From an uncultured virus (IMG/VR IMGVR_UViG_3300047546_001556) (lineage: Duplodnaviria > Heunggongvirae > Uroviricota > Caudoviricetes > Autographiviridae), in IMG/VR virus record IMGVR_UViG_3300047546_001556: 64,000 bases of DNA. One strand, written 5' to 3'. Positions 37,829 to 46,262 of the stretch are shown here, piece after piece; the first letter of the stretch is position 1; each line of letters opens with the position of its first letter. The position numbers were made by a program, and so were the translations under genes. The notes under the pieces are model-generated. The model saw nothing but the letters and a program-made list of their open reading frames with translations. It searched no databases and was not told the origin of the DNA.

Positions 37829-39449
37829 TGATAGTATCGAGAATAGCTGGGTTCTTAGATGGATCCATAATCGGAGCACCAGCAAGTTGGCCCATCTGAT
37901 CCAACATTGATTGCTGTTGTTGTGCCTGCTGTTGCGCCTGGGACTCCTGCGCGAGCTCCTCTTCAGTCTTGATTAGACCTAGGTAGTCAATACCTGCAGA
38001 TGCAGCAAGACGTTTTATGGCCTCTGTTGGGTTCAGGAAGTTAGCCATCACCTCAGGACCAAGGGTCTGGGCAATTGTCTGCATAAACAGCATCAGGGCT
38101 TCACGGTCCTGACCACGACCCACCCCTTCAAGACCTGCTACCACAGTGGGGAAGACCATGTCTTTAGGGAACTTAGGCAGCATCCGTTGACGCTGTAGCT
38201 CCACAAGCTTGCGGTTGATATACGGACGAAGAAGGTCTGTGGTCAGACTTCCATAGATTCCACCAAGCTGCTCGTTGAGCTCTTGCTGGGTAGCACGTAT
38301 CTCTTCAGCGGTAGTGCGTTCAGATTGGCGCACTGTCAAGACAAGGAACGCCTCAGACAAACGCTGGGTTAGCAGCGTGATCATGTCATAGGCAGTCTTG
38401 AAGTCGGCAGTCTTACCAACCTGGATCACACCGACATCGTCAGGGCGGCCTTGGATGATGGCTCCTGAGCCAGCCTGAGCAAGTTGGTTGGGCTTGGTGG
38501 TAGCAGAGGGAGATACGGTGAAGATCACCTTTGCTGCAGCTGCAGAGCCCTCGACAATGGCTTGGCTAAGGGATTCAAGAGACTTCAGGTCTCCCAGATA
38601 CTCCTCAATTCGGCCACGGCCCCAATCTTCCCCATCCACAACATTGAAGCGGAGGGGGAGCCACTGAGGTGTGTTCTTAGGGCAGACAGACTCCGTACCG
38701 GGGATGAGGCGATCATCGGCCTCCTGATGCCAACGCCACTGGCCATCCTGGAGCTTTGCCCAGGTATAGACAGCGACCTCGTTGTTCATCGGGTCAAGCT
38801 TGAGGTCGGCAATACTGCCGGCTCCCTCGTCCCCAGTTGCGTTGTCTGGTTCTGGCACACCAGTCTTACGCTCCTTCAACCATTGTTCAGGAGTCTTCTT
38901 AAAGAAGCTCTTTGGCAGGAACTGACGGTCAATAGCCTCTACGGTGACGATCTCAGTAACAGAACCTTCTCCGTCCCTAACGACCACATAGCGATCCATC
39001 GGGTAGAGCTTGATCCCCTTCTTACCCATATAGAGCAAGACGTTACCGGTAACCACCAAGTGCTTCATTGCCTGGTGGAGCACGGTCCGGTCTGTCGACT
39101 CGTTGACGTGCTGCATAACGACGCGCTCCATCTTGGAGAGCACCAGATCAATTTCGGAGCGAGCCTGAGCATCCACATCTGGATCCTTTGCAAGCGCGCC
39201 GTCACTGATTTGAAGCTTAAAGAACTTTGTACTAACAGGGAATAGGGACAGCATCAGCTTGGATGCCATCACATTCACGCCTTTTGCGCCTACTGCTTGC
39301 CAGGGTGTCCACAGTTTGCTTCCGCTGTAGTGCCCACTAGGGGGCATAATGTACGGAACACTGAGCCTGGCACACTCTCGGGCTGCATCGAGAAACTGTG
39401 TACGATTGCTTGTCAGGCGGGCGTAGCGCTCTGCTGCAGTCTTTTCCAT
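37725..39449 (-). CDS. Portal / head-tail connector (T7 gp8-like)
   Basis: 'PWQAVGAKGVN..ASKLML', 'GEDWGRG..EEYLGDLKSL', 'ERTTAEEIR'. Confidence 0.97.
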   Translation of the reverse strand: MEKTAAERYARLTSNRTQFLDAARECARLSVPYIMPPSGHYSGSKLWTPWQAVGAKGVNVMASKLMLSLFPVSTKFFKLQISDGALAKDPDVDAQARSEIDLVLSKMERVVMQHVNESTDRTVLHQAMKHLVVTGNVLLYMGKKGIKLYPMDRYVVVRDGEGSVTEIVTVEAIDRQFLPKSFFKKTPEQWLKERKTGVPEPDNATGDEGAGSIADLKLDPMNNEVAVYTWAKLQDGQWRWHQEADDRLIPGTESVCPKNTPQWLPLRFNVVDGEDWGRGRIEEYLGDLKSLESLSQAIVEGSAAAAKVIFTVSPSATTKPNQLAQAGSGAIIQGRPDDVGVIQVGKTADFKTAYDMITLLTQRLSEAFLVLTVRQSERTTAEEIRATQQELNEQLGGIYGSLTTDLLRPYINRKLVELQRQRMLPKFPKDMVFPTVVAGLEGVGRGQDREALMLFMQTIAQTLGPEVMANFLNPTEAIKRLAASAGIDYLGLIKTEEELAQESQAQQQAQQQQSMLDQMGQLAGAPIMDPSKNPAILDTINAQQQQEGEVPGGLGFSQGQSPPGAQLPDAGTQL

Positions 39450-40222
39450 TAACCTTTACCGATTGACAAACCACCAGCATTCGATGAAGCACCACCTAAA
39501 CTCAGGTTTCCAGTTGAGGGTGCAGTATTTAGTCCAGTCCTTGTGGTTGAAGACTGTCGTGCTCGTTTCTGACGCTTAACCTGTGCCTTGTCTGCTGGAA
39601 TTAGATTATTGAATGCTGAGCCGCTACGGAACTGGGTCTGCGGAGTTCTATCCATTTGAGCAAGCCAATCCTGCTGACGCTGCATAAACTCAGCATTCAT
39701 TGCGTCCATTGACTCCCAGATCGCAGCCTGTTGAGCCATCATTTCAGCATTCCAGGCTTCCCAGTCAAATTCAGGAAGATATCCGTCCTGAGTCCCATCA
39801 GGGTTGATGCTAGTTCCTGCCGCAGCAGCAGCATCAAGTCGTGCCTGTGCATTGGCCGCAACTTGTTGGGCGTACCTGGCAGTAATAGGCGAATTAACTT
39901 TCAGCTGACTGGAAGGCACATAGCCAGCGTTAGCAGCAGCCGCACCAGCCCTAGCAGTTTGACCAGTTCTTGCTGTTTGATTAAAGACACGATCAACACT
40001 AACACCAAGCTTCTGTGCTACCGAAGCTGCTTCCTTGTAATTGACGCCTGAGCCGGCCGAAGCGAGCTGTTTTTGAATAGCTTGGTTAGTACTATTTCCA
40101 CCCCCACCGCTTCTTGCAGCAGGCGCTGGAGCAGCTGCCCTTGCCGGCGCAGAGGGAGCTGCCTTAGGCGCGGGCGCAGAAGCGCTGGGAGCAGGTGCTC
40201 CTCCTCCTTTAATTTTAGCCAC
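39449..40222 (-). CDS. Hypothetical low-complexity virion-associated protein
   Basis: Ala/Gly-rich; lies just upstream of portal (T7 gp6.7/7.3 region). Confidence 0.65.
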   Translation of the reverse strand: MAKIKGGGAPAPSASAPAPKAAPSAPARAAAPAPAARSGGGGNSTNQAIQKQLASAGSGVNYKEAASVAQKLGVSVDRVFNQTARTGQTARAGAAAANAGYVPSSQLKVNSPITARYAQQVAANAQARLDAAAAAGTSINPDGTQDGYLPEFDWEAWNAEMMAQQAAIWESMDAMNAEFMQRQQDWLAQMDRTPQTQFRSGSAFNNLIPADKAQVKRQKRARQSSTTRTGLNTAPSTGNLSLGGASSNAGGLSIGKG

Positions 40223-40224
40223 TA

Positions 40225-40725
40225 TTAGGATCCTCCTCCCATAGAAATAGTGAGTGGGTTAGAGAGTTGTGACGTACCTAGAACCGCCTTTTTACGAGCC
40301 TTCTTACGTACAGACGACTTGATCTTTGCTGCGTCTGGGTCTTGCCCAACCAGCTTCATACCCATTGCACGGTTAGCAGCCTCTTCAGAACGACGAGCCA
40401 TTTCCTCGTTTTGAGCAAGCTGCTGCTGTAAAGCCGCCTCCTGAGCTGCCTGGGCAGCGGCAAACTGTGCCTCCTGACTAGCCATCTGCATCTCAGCCTG
40501 GGACATCTGCCAGGCCAGAGTCGCATTAAACTGATCAAGAGAGTCTTGCCTAGACTGCTCATATTGAGCTTTGTTTTGTGCAAGGCTTGCGTTAGCTTGT
40601 TCGGCCGCCGCACGCTGCGACTTCTTAACAAGCTTGTTTTGCTGCCTCTGGAATCGCTGCTGACGCTGGCGTTCCTTTTTAATCTGTGAACTGGAGGGGC
40701 CACCCCCTCCGCCTCCTCCACACAT
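40225..40725 (-). CDS. Hypothetical virion-associated protein
   Basis: 'MCGGG' start, Gln-rich; T7 gp6.7-like position. Confidence 0.65.
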   Translation of the reverse strand: MCGGGGGGGPSSSQIKKERQRQQRFQRQQNKLVKKSQRAAAEQANASLAQNKAQYEQSRQDSLDQFNATLAWQMSQAEMQMASQEAQFAAAQAAQEAALQQQLAQNEEMARRSEEAANRAMGMKLVGQDPDAAKIKSSVRKKARKKAVLGTSQLSNPLTISMGGGS

Positions 40726-40925
40726 TAGAGTTCTCCTTTTAACTCAGATAACTTGTGCTTAAGTTGTCTGACAACAGAAACCTGACCAGCCCTATAGGCA
40801 ATCTCAGTGAGGCCTAAGCTTGGTTCTGGCATCTGATCTGGGTACAGACTTTCCAGCTCGGCAATCAGCCGAGAAAGGGCCCCTGCAGATACATCCGAGA
40901 GGCCCAGTTGTTCAGTGATAATCAT
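40725..40925 (-). CDS. Small hypothetical protein
   Basis: 'LIAELESLYP...IAYRAGQVSVV'; coupled to neighbours. Confidence 0.7.
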   Translation of the reverse strand: MIITEQLGLSDVSAGALSRLIAELESLYPDQMPEPSLGLTEIAYRAGQVSVVRQLKHKLSELKGEL

Positions 40926-43165
40926 TCAGGCTTGGTTTCAGCAAAGAGACACTTGTCTGAATCGCAAGCAGCAGGGCCGGAAGCTTCAGATCCAGCCCCA
41001 AAGGCAGACATCGCAAGGGAGAAGTCTCCTGTCAACCGACGAGCCTCCACATCAGCAGAGAGCTGTTCATAGGTCTGCCGATCAATCGGCTCAAACGGAA
41101 GACGAGGGAACGTCTCATTGGCATCAAAGCGAGCCAACAAGGCTGCTGAGATGTAACCATTGCCAATGTTGTCGTAGATCAGCTGCGACAAGGGCTCGAT
41201 TTCATTCTCTCGGAACTCAAGAGTTGCCGAGGTGTTATGCGTGGTGTAGTGCTGCTGCACCTGCATATAGAAATCAAACTGAGCTGCAACGCTGAACTGG
41301 TTCGGGTCGAACTTGTCGCAACCCTCCAGGTTGGCCCACACGGCCTCAGTTGGAATCTCTACCAGCCACTCAGTACAGAGAGGATCACGAGGGTCGTCCA
41401 ACAGGGCACCATCTGGCCCGCGATCAGACTGGCTGGGGATGATCCGATAGCCGTAAGCCTCACACGCCAGAGCGACAGGGTCGTTCTTGGCAAAGGTGAT
41501 GCGACGGATAAACCGAGCAGCCTTGGGAGGATGCCAACCAGGGGAAGCCCCAGTCAGGAGGCTCTTGGTGCCGGCGGGCTGGACCGTAGTAGTTCGGTTG
41601 GGAACACGGAGGCCGTGCCGCTCGCAGTAATCCTTGACAGTGGTCTCGACAATGTCGCGCCAGAACTTGAGGTAAAGGGCCTCAGTGTCGTGGTAGTACT
41701 CATTGCGGGGACGGCCCTTGGCCCACCACTCCAGCCAGGGAGCGCCAAAGCGCTTCACAAAGAAGTCGAACAGGCCGGTAAAGGAGACGCCGATGATCGG
41801 GTCCACAGCACGGCTGTACTGGTAACGCTCTTCCTTAAATTGGTGGTGGAGCAGAGCACACGCGCTAAGAGCAGCGGCCTGGAAGGCGGCTACCTGAGCC
41901 TGCTTGTCGGCAGGGTCAATCGTGTTGAGATGAACTTCCGACAGGTTGCAGTGGAAATCCTTACCGAGGATCTCGCCACAGGGATTGAGGCCGTAGCGAC
42001 CCAGGCGGTGCTCCAGCTCACGCTCGTCGAGCAGAGGCTCACACTTCAGCAGATACTTACGTGCTGCCTCTTTACCCTCATTCTCATAGATGTCAATGAA
42101 CTTGTCCTGTTGCTCACGGAAGAACAACAGGTCAGCATTGGAACGAGCGATAGCTTCCGGTGCATATTGGATAGCACCCTCGCCTGAATAAAACTGTTTG
42201 GTTACCGAAGCCTTAACCTCATCAAAGGACGGCTTGGTGTGATACACCCGAGTGTGATTAGCCATTCGCAGGGCATCACGCTCAGGATCGATACGCCACT
42301 TTCCATCTTCGCCTTGCTGCCAAAGGTTATCCTTTGCTACTGCAGCATCCTCGTCAGCGCAATCGAACTGACGCATACCAGCACTTCGGCGCACGTTGCC
42401 TGCGACGACAGCCAGTGACGACTCGTCTAGCAACAGACAGCATTCAACAGAAGTCAGTTTCCTTCCGTATGCTTTATGGAGAATCTCGCCAGCACGGCGA
42501 TAGAAGTGGGCAAGTTTAACGGGGTTAGCCACACCCCCGAAGCCCTGAATCGGACTTCCTGGGGGCCGAACACTACTCAAGTCGACCGTAACACTAGCAA
42601 CACTAAGGTTCGCATCGGTAGCTAACTCCAGGAGCGCGAGAAAGGCGTCTGTCCAACCTTCGCGTGAATCGCCCACATAGATTGTGGCGCTTTCTCCTTC
42701 TATAATGGATCGCCTGGTATTAGGATCCCTAATCTCAGCTTCACCGATATTCTCCAGTACGGTGAGGTTAAATTGATTGCAGATCGGAGGCAGCTGATCA
42801 ATACAACGAGGCTCAAGAATTGCGCCTGTACCTGAGCCCATCATCAACAGCTCCATTTGGAGCGGGAAGGCTTTCAGGTCGCAGGTGTCTGTGCTGGTGC
42901 AGTTGTAAGCGCCTGAGAAGTTCTTGCGCTCTTCTACCCAGGGAGTGCCTCCAACCCACAGCCATCGGCCGGAGGGCAGGGAGTGAAGCTTAGTCATCTG
43001 GTCCCGGACCAGGGCTTCCTCTTCAGCGTTGAACTTACCGACCTTGCTCAGTCCAAAGACGCAGCGGTCAACAACATCGGACCAATTCTCTTTACCGCCT
43101 TCTGTACGGCGGCTGTACGTGCGGTAGAAGACGGGGTTTGCGGAGGGGGCGTTGTCAGGAAACAT
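40922..43165 (-). CDS. nrdJ: Class II (B12-dependent) ribonucleoside-triphosphate reductase
   Basis: 'PSGRWLWVGG', 'VVAGNVRRSA', catalytic 'NPCGE', 'TTVQPAGTKSLL', C-terminal 'ACDSDKC'; no small subunit nearby. Confidence 0.95.
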   Translation of the reverse strand: MFPDNAPSANPVFYRTYSRRTEGGKENWSDVVDRCVFGLSKVGKFNAEEEALVRDQMTKLHSLPSGRWLWVGGTPWVEERKNFSGAYNCTSTDTCDLKAFPLQMELLMMGSGTGAILEPRCIDQLPPICNQFNLTVLENIGEAEIRDPNTRRSIIEGESATIYVGDSREGWTDAFLALLELATDANLSVASVTVDLSSVRPPGSPIQGFGGVANPVKLAHFYRRAGEILHKAYGRKLTSVECCLLLDESSLAVVAGNVRRSAGMRQFDCADEDAAVAKDNLWQQGEDGKWRIDPERDALRMANHTRVYHTKPSFDEVKASVTKQFYSGEGAIQYAPEAIARSNADLLFFREQQDKFIDIYENEGKEAARKYLLKCEPLLDERELEHRLGRYGLNPCGEILGKDFHCNLSEVHLNTIDPADKQAQVAAFQAAALSACALLHHQFKEERYQYSRAVDPIIGVSFTGLFDFFVKRFGAPWLEWWAKGRPRNEYYHDTEALYLKFWRDIVETTVKDYCERHGLRVPNRTTTVQPAGTKSLLTGASPGWHPPKAARFIRRITFAKNDPVALACEAYGYRIIPSQSDRGPDGALLDDPRDPLCTEWLVEIPTEAVWANLEGCDKFDPNQFSVAAQFDFYMQVQQHYTTHNTSATLEFRENEIEPLSQLIYDNIGNGYISAALLARFDANETFPRLPFEPIDRQTYEQLSADVEARRLTGDFSLAMSAFGAGSEASGPAACDSDKCLFAETKPE

Positions 43166-43343
43166 TCTTGAGATATGCTTGATTCAGTTGGTTTACTTTT
43201 GCGTCGATGAGGTGAAAGGAAGTCACCCATCCTTTTTCTGTCCCTACGACGATCTCTACGTCACCGTTAGGAAGGGACGTAATTAACGGCTCGGGCGGTG
43301 TCAGGGAACTCTCTGATGAAGACATGCTTGATTTGCTCTGCAA
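43155..43343 (-). CDS. Small hypothetical protein
   Basis: 'GWVTSFHLIDAKVNQL'; fills the gap between thyX and RNR; start uncertain. Confidence 0.55.
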   Translation of the reverse strand: MQSKSSMSSSESSLTPPEPLITSLPNGDVEIVVGTEKGWVTSFHLIDAKVNQLNQAYLKNVS

Positions 43344-43905
43344 CGTGTCTGTGCTCCTTCTGAGTTGCAGGATCTGTACGCAGCTGAAGGTAATGGATCC
43401 AAGAACGGAGCGTGCCGTTCATATACATACGGGTTGTCGTGGCTAGAGGGAGCACCTCTCTGGCACACTCCTTAGCAACACCAACATCAAGCAGACGGCG
43501 ATAGAGACGATACGAATCGGCGTAATGCTTAGCAATGTCGTATTGCAGTAGATCGACTAGACCAGGGTCTAAGTCGTCGATACTGTTCTGCCTATTCTTG
43601 GTGTCTTGCCTACGCAGCTCAGGCAGCTCAGGAGGTGCGTCAACCTCTGCATAGCGTTGACTAAATTCCTGATATGAAAACGACCTATGCCGAAGCACCT
43701 GTTGGGCGATACTTCTGGTCGTCTCAATCTCAACGCACATGTTTACCATTTCAAATGGAGACCAGTGCTTGTTCTTGATTAGATAGCTGATAAGCCTAGG
43801 AGCTGTCTCCTTGTTGTTTTCATTAGCGGGATTTGAAACACGGGCCATCTTGGCGATGAGTTCGTCACCACCCTCAGTGGCCCAGACAAGCTTGACTGAG
43901 CTCAT
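43267..43905 (-). CDS. thyX: Flavin-dependent thymidylate synthase
   Basis: Signature 'RHRSFSYQEFSQRY', 'HWSPFE', 'ECAREVLP'. Confidence 0.95.
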   Translation of the reverse strand: MSSVKLVWATEGGDELIAKMARVSNPANENNKETAPRLISYLIKNKHWSPFEMVNMCVEIETTRSIAQQVLRHRSFSYQEFSQRYAEVDAPPELPELRRQDTKNRQNSIDDLDPGLVDLLQYDIAKHYADSYRLYRRLLDVGVAKECAREVLPLATTTRMYMNGTLRSWIHYLQLRTDPATQKEHRHVAEQIKHVFIREFPDTARAVNYVPS

Positions 43906-44279
43906 ACAAGATCAATTAATTGAGGTGGTTTATAGTTGGGGCCTTTGAGAACCTTGCCATCGTCTCGGCGTAACGGCTTGCCATCCACTAACTTGCTGAG
44001 GTTGGATTGATGAACTCGCTCAAGAGCTTCATCAAGGTCCCAACCCGCAGCTGCTGCAAACTGGTACACCACATAAGCTAGATCTGCTAACTCCTTAAGT
44101 AGGCCCTCACGCGATCTCTTACAGGTGATCAGCTTGCTAACAGTGTCAGCAGATTCCAGCACCTCCTTAAACTCCTCTACGATGAGACGGAGTTGAAGAT
44201 CAATCTGTTCCTTGTTAAGGGCACCTGTGGGCTGGCCCATCAGGCTACGAAATTCAACGGCTTCTGCGTAATGACTCAT
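43902..44279 (-). CDS. MazG-like / PRA-PH family NTP pyrophosphohydrolase
   Basis: 'LIVEEFKE', 'KELADLAYV', 'VHQSNLSK...DGKVLKGPNY'. Confidence 0.85.
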   Translation of the reverse strand: MSHYAEAVEFRSLMGQPTGALNKEQIDLQLRLIVEEFKEVLESADTVSKLITCKRSREGLLKELADLAYVVYQFAAAAGWDLDEALERVHQSNLSKLVDGKPLRRDDGKVLKGPNYKPPQLIDLV

Positions 44280-44491
44280 CGGTTACGGCTAGCGGAAACG
44301 AGATAGATCTTTTTGTCGATGTAGGCTTTTGCCTTGAGTAGGTCATCAAGCTCTTCCTCGTATTGCTTATGGCCAGCACGACATACGTACTTGACCACAT
44401 TGCCAAGGAAGTAATCCAGCTTCTGGTCCGCAATAAAGTCCCAGACCTCAATGGCCCCACGCTGGTAGTGGGAAGGCGAGTATTTGGACAT
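44276..44491 (-). CDS. DUF3310-family protein
   Basis: 'PSHYQRGAIEVWDFI...GNVVKYVCRAG.K...DLLKA..Y'. Confidence 0.85.
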   Translation of the reverse strand: MSKYSPSHYQRGAIEVWDFIADQKLDYFLGNVVKYVCRAGHKQYEEELDDLLKAKAYIDKKIYLVSASRNR

Positions 44492-44502
44492 ATGTATATT
44501 GT

Positions 44503-44924
44503 TAGTGGGTTTGACTACTCGGATGGGTTGAACTGTCAGGAAATTCCTGAATATTTGACACGTCTGGGCAACGTGTAAGGCCGCCTTACAAATTGCTTAA
44601 TTGCTGGGGCGGTGGGTTAAAAATAAGCTCGGCTGACAAAGAATGCGCTCACCAAGCCCCCGCCGCACAAAAACAGAAGGGGGTCTGACTACTGGGCTTC
44701 AAGCTCATCAGCGATTCTGAGCAGCTCATAGCGGATGCCGTAGCTCTCAAGTTTTTCTGGCACCACCTGATCGGCAGCAGTGCGAAGGGCGGCGGCAAGA
44801 GATACTCGTTCCTCCTCGCACATCTTCATCCGATCAGGATCATTCGTAAAAGCAACTACCACTGCTTTAGTTGCAGAGGAAAGGTTGCGCGAAACAAGGT
44901 CAGCCATAGAAGTGTGTAGATCTA
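44503..44924 (-). mobile_element. Putative gene-cassette array 2 (three 15-bp sites, two cassettes)
   Basis: TAGT-GGGTTTG-ACTA (44503), AAGG-GGGTCTG-ACTA (44677), AAGT-GTGTAGA-TCTA (44910). Confidence 0.6.
44689..44907 (-). CDS. Small cassette-borne hypothetical protein ('LRTAADQVV...ELEAQ' family)
   Basis: Homologous to 3847..4035. Confidence 0.8.
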   Translation of the reverse strand: MADLVSRNLSSATKAVVVAFTNDPDRMKMCEEERVSLAAALRTAADQVVPEKLESYGIRYELLRIADELEAQ

Positions 44925-45137
44925 CTTTTCCAAATCCTTGAGTATGTCTTTTGCCATCTTGAGGTACTTGCGCTTGTTGTATCTAATAAGGAGGATATCC
45001 TTCTCTAGCTTGAGTCGAAACAAAAAACGCTCAACATTGAGCACGAGCTCTTGCCACTTCAACCAGAGGTAACGAATGACGTTGAAGTCAACGATCGCCA
45101 ATGCTGCCAAGAAGGCAAAGAAGTAGATGTAGTTCAT
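44922..45137 (-). CDS. Small membrane protein
   Basis: Hydrophobic N-terminus, basic C-terminus; stop lies inside the site at 44910-44924. Confidence 0.7.
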   Translation of the reverse strand: MNYIYFFAFLAALAIVDFNVIRYLWLKWQELVLNVERFLFRLKLEKDILLIRYNKRKYLKMAKDILKDLEK

Positions 45138-45865
45138 TAGGGAGAGAAGAGAATGACGGCTTGCCCTTCCTCATCCCAGAGATCATTTGTGAGGATCGTT
45201 GCAAGACGAATGTTTCTAATAGCGTCGGCTTCAGTTAGGCCGGCAGAGATATAGGTGTCGCGAACCTTCTCGTAGTATTTGCCGTCCTTTACCTTGCCCA
45301 GGATTGCGTCTGCTTTCTTAGGGCCTACACCAGGAACTCCGATGTACCCATCCGTCTGATCGCCAGTCAGGGCTTGATGCCAACGCTTGTAGGCTGCCTT
45401 CTCAGGGGTCTGTAGGAACTCCTGCTTTCCGTTCCAAATACGACAAGCGAATTGCTCCATATCCTTGTCAGGGGAGCACAGGATGAAATTGTCGTACTTA
45501 CCAGAGGTGACTACAATGCCAATAGCATCATCTGCCTCTAGCAGCGGCATCTGTACGGACTCCCACTGGGATTTAGACCACTCCTTGAGCTTCTTGTACC
45601 CAGCCGGCTTTCTCTTAATTCGATTCCCCTTATAGGTAGGGTCTACTCCCTTACGGAAGTTCAGCTCATCAGTAAAGAAAAGAATAAACTGATCAGTATC
45701 AAACCTAGTACAGAGATTGTTGATGTCTTGCTGAACAATCTGACGACCCCTTGCAAAGTTGCCAATGACAACAGTGAGTTCAGGCTCAAATTCAAGCTCT
45801 TCTTCAGCAGCGGAAGCGGCACGGTAGACAATCGGATCAGCATCAATCAGCAGCAGTGGTTGCAT
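45137..45865 (-). CDS. 5'-3' exonuclease (T7 gp6-like)
   Basis: 'LLIDAD', 'NFRK...YKGNR', 'LEADD', 'DKD', 'LTGDQTDGYIGVPGVG'. Confidence 0.92.
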   Translation of the reverse strand: MQPLLLIDADPIVYRAASAAEEELEFEPELTVVIGNFARGRQIVQQDINNLCTRFDTDQFILFFTDELNFRKGVDPTYKGNRIKRKPAGYKKLKEWSKSQWESVQMPLLEADDAIGIVVTSGKYDNFILCSPDKDMEQFACRIWNGKQEFLQTPEKAAYKRWHQALTGDQTDGYIGVPGVGPKKADAILGKVKDGKYYEKVRDTYISAGLTEADAIRNIRLATILTNDLWDEEGQAVILFSP

Positions 45866-46262
45866 TAGTGTAATCGAGAAGATAAAAGTAGGCGCGTTTA
45901 ATCACGTCAGGGTCATCGTTGAACTTGCCAAACCCAAGGTTGCAACTATTGCAGATGTAACCTCGAAAGCTTTCTGTTAGATGATTGTGATCAAGCACCC
46001 AGGCATCAGTATGGGAGAGGCAGACAGGGCATATACCTGGAGGCGGTGGTGGGTGGAGCTTGCGAAGTCTGTTACGGACTTTGGCCAGCTCACTTCCACA
46101 CGCCTTACAGGTATTCCGTCTTCCAGAACCAGGGACAGAGAACAAGTGGAACTCGTCTAACGTCCTGAGCTCACCACACTTTCGACACCGCTTAGTGTGT
46201 ATCTCCCCAGTTGAGTCCTGACTGAACCTCGCAGTCAAGGGGAGTTCTAAACTTAATTGCAT
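45843..46262 (-). CDS. Endonuclease VII-like (His-Me finger) free-standing endonuclease
   Basis: 'CRKC...CKAC...CPVC...LDHNH...RGYICNSCNLGFGKFNDD'. Confidence 0.85.
   Translation of the reverse strand: MQLSLELPLTARFSQDSTGEIHTKRCRKCGELRTLDEFHLFSVPGSGRRNTCKACGSELAKVRNRLRKLHPPPPPGICPVCLSHTDAWVLDHNHLTESFRGYICNSCNLGFGKFNDDPDVIKRAYFYLLDYTNATTAAD

Noticed and set aside
39449..40925. Photosynthesis genes (psbA, hli) in their usual cyanopodovirus position
   Set aside because: No such ORFs were recognised here or elsewhere in the window.
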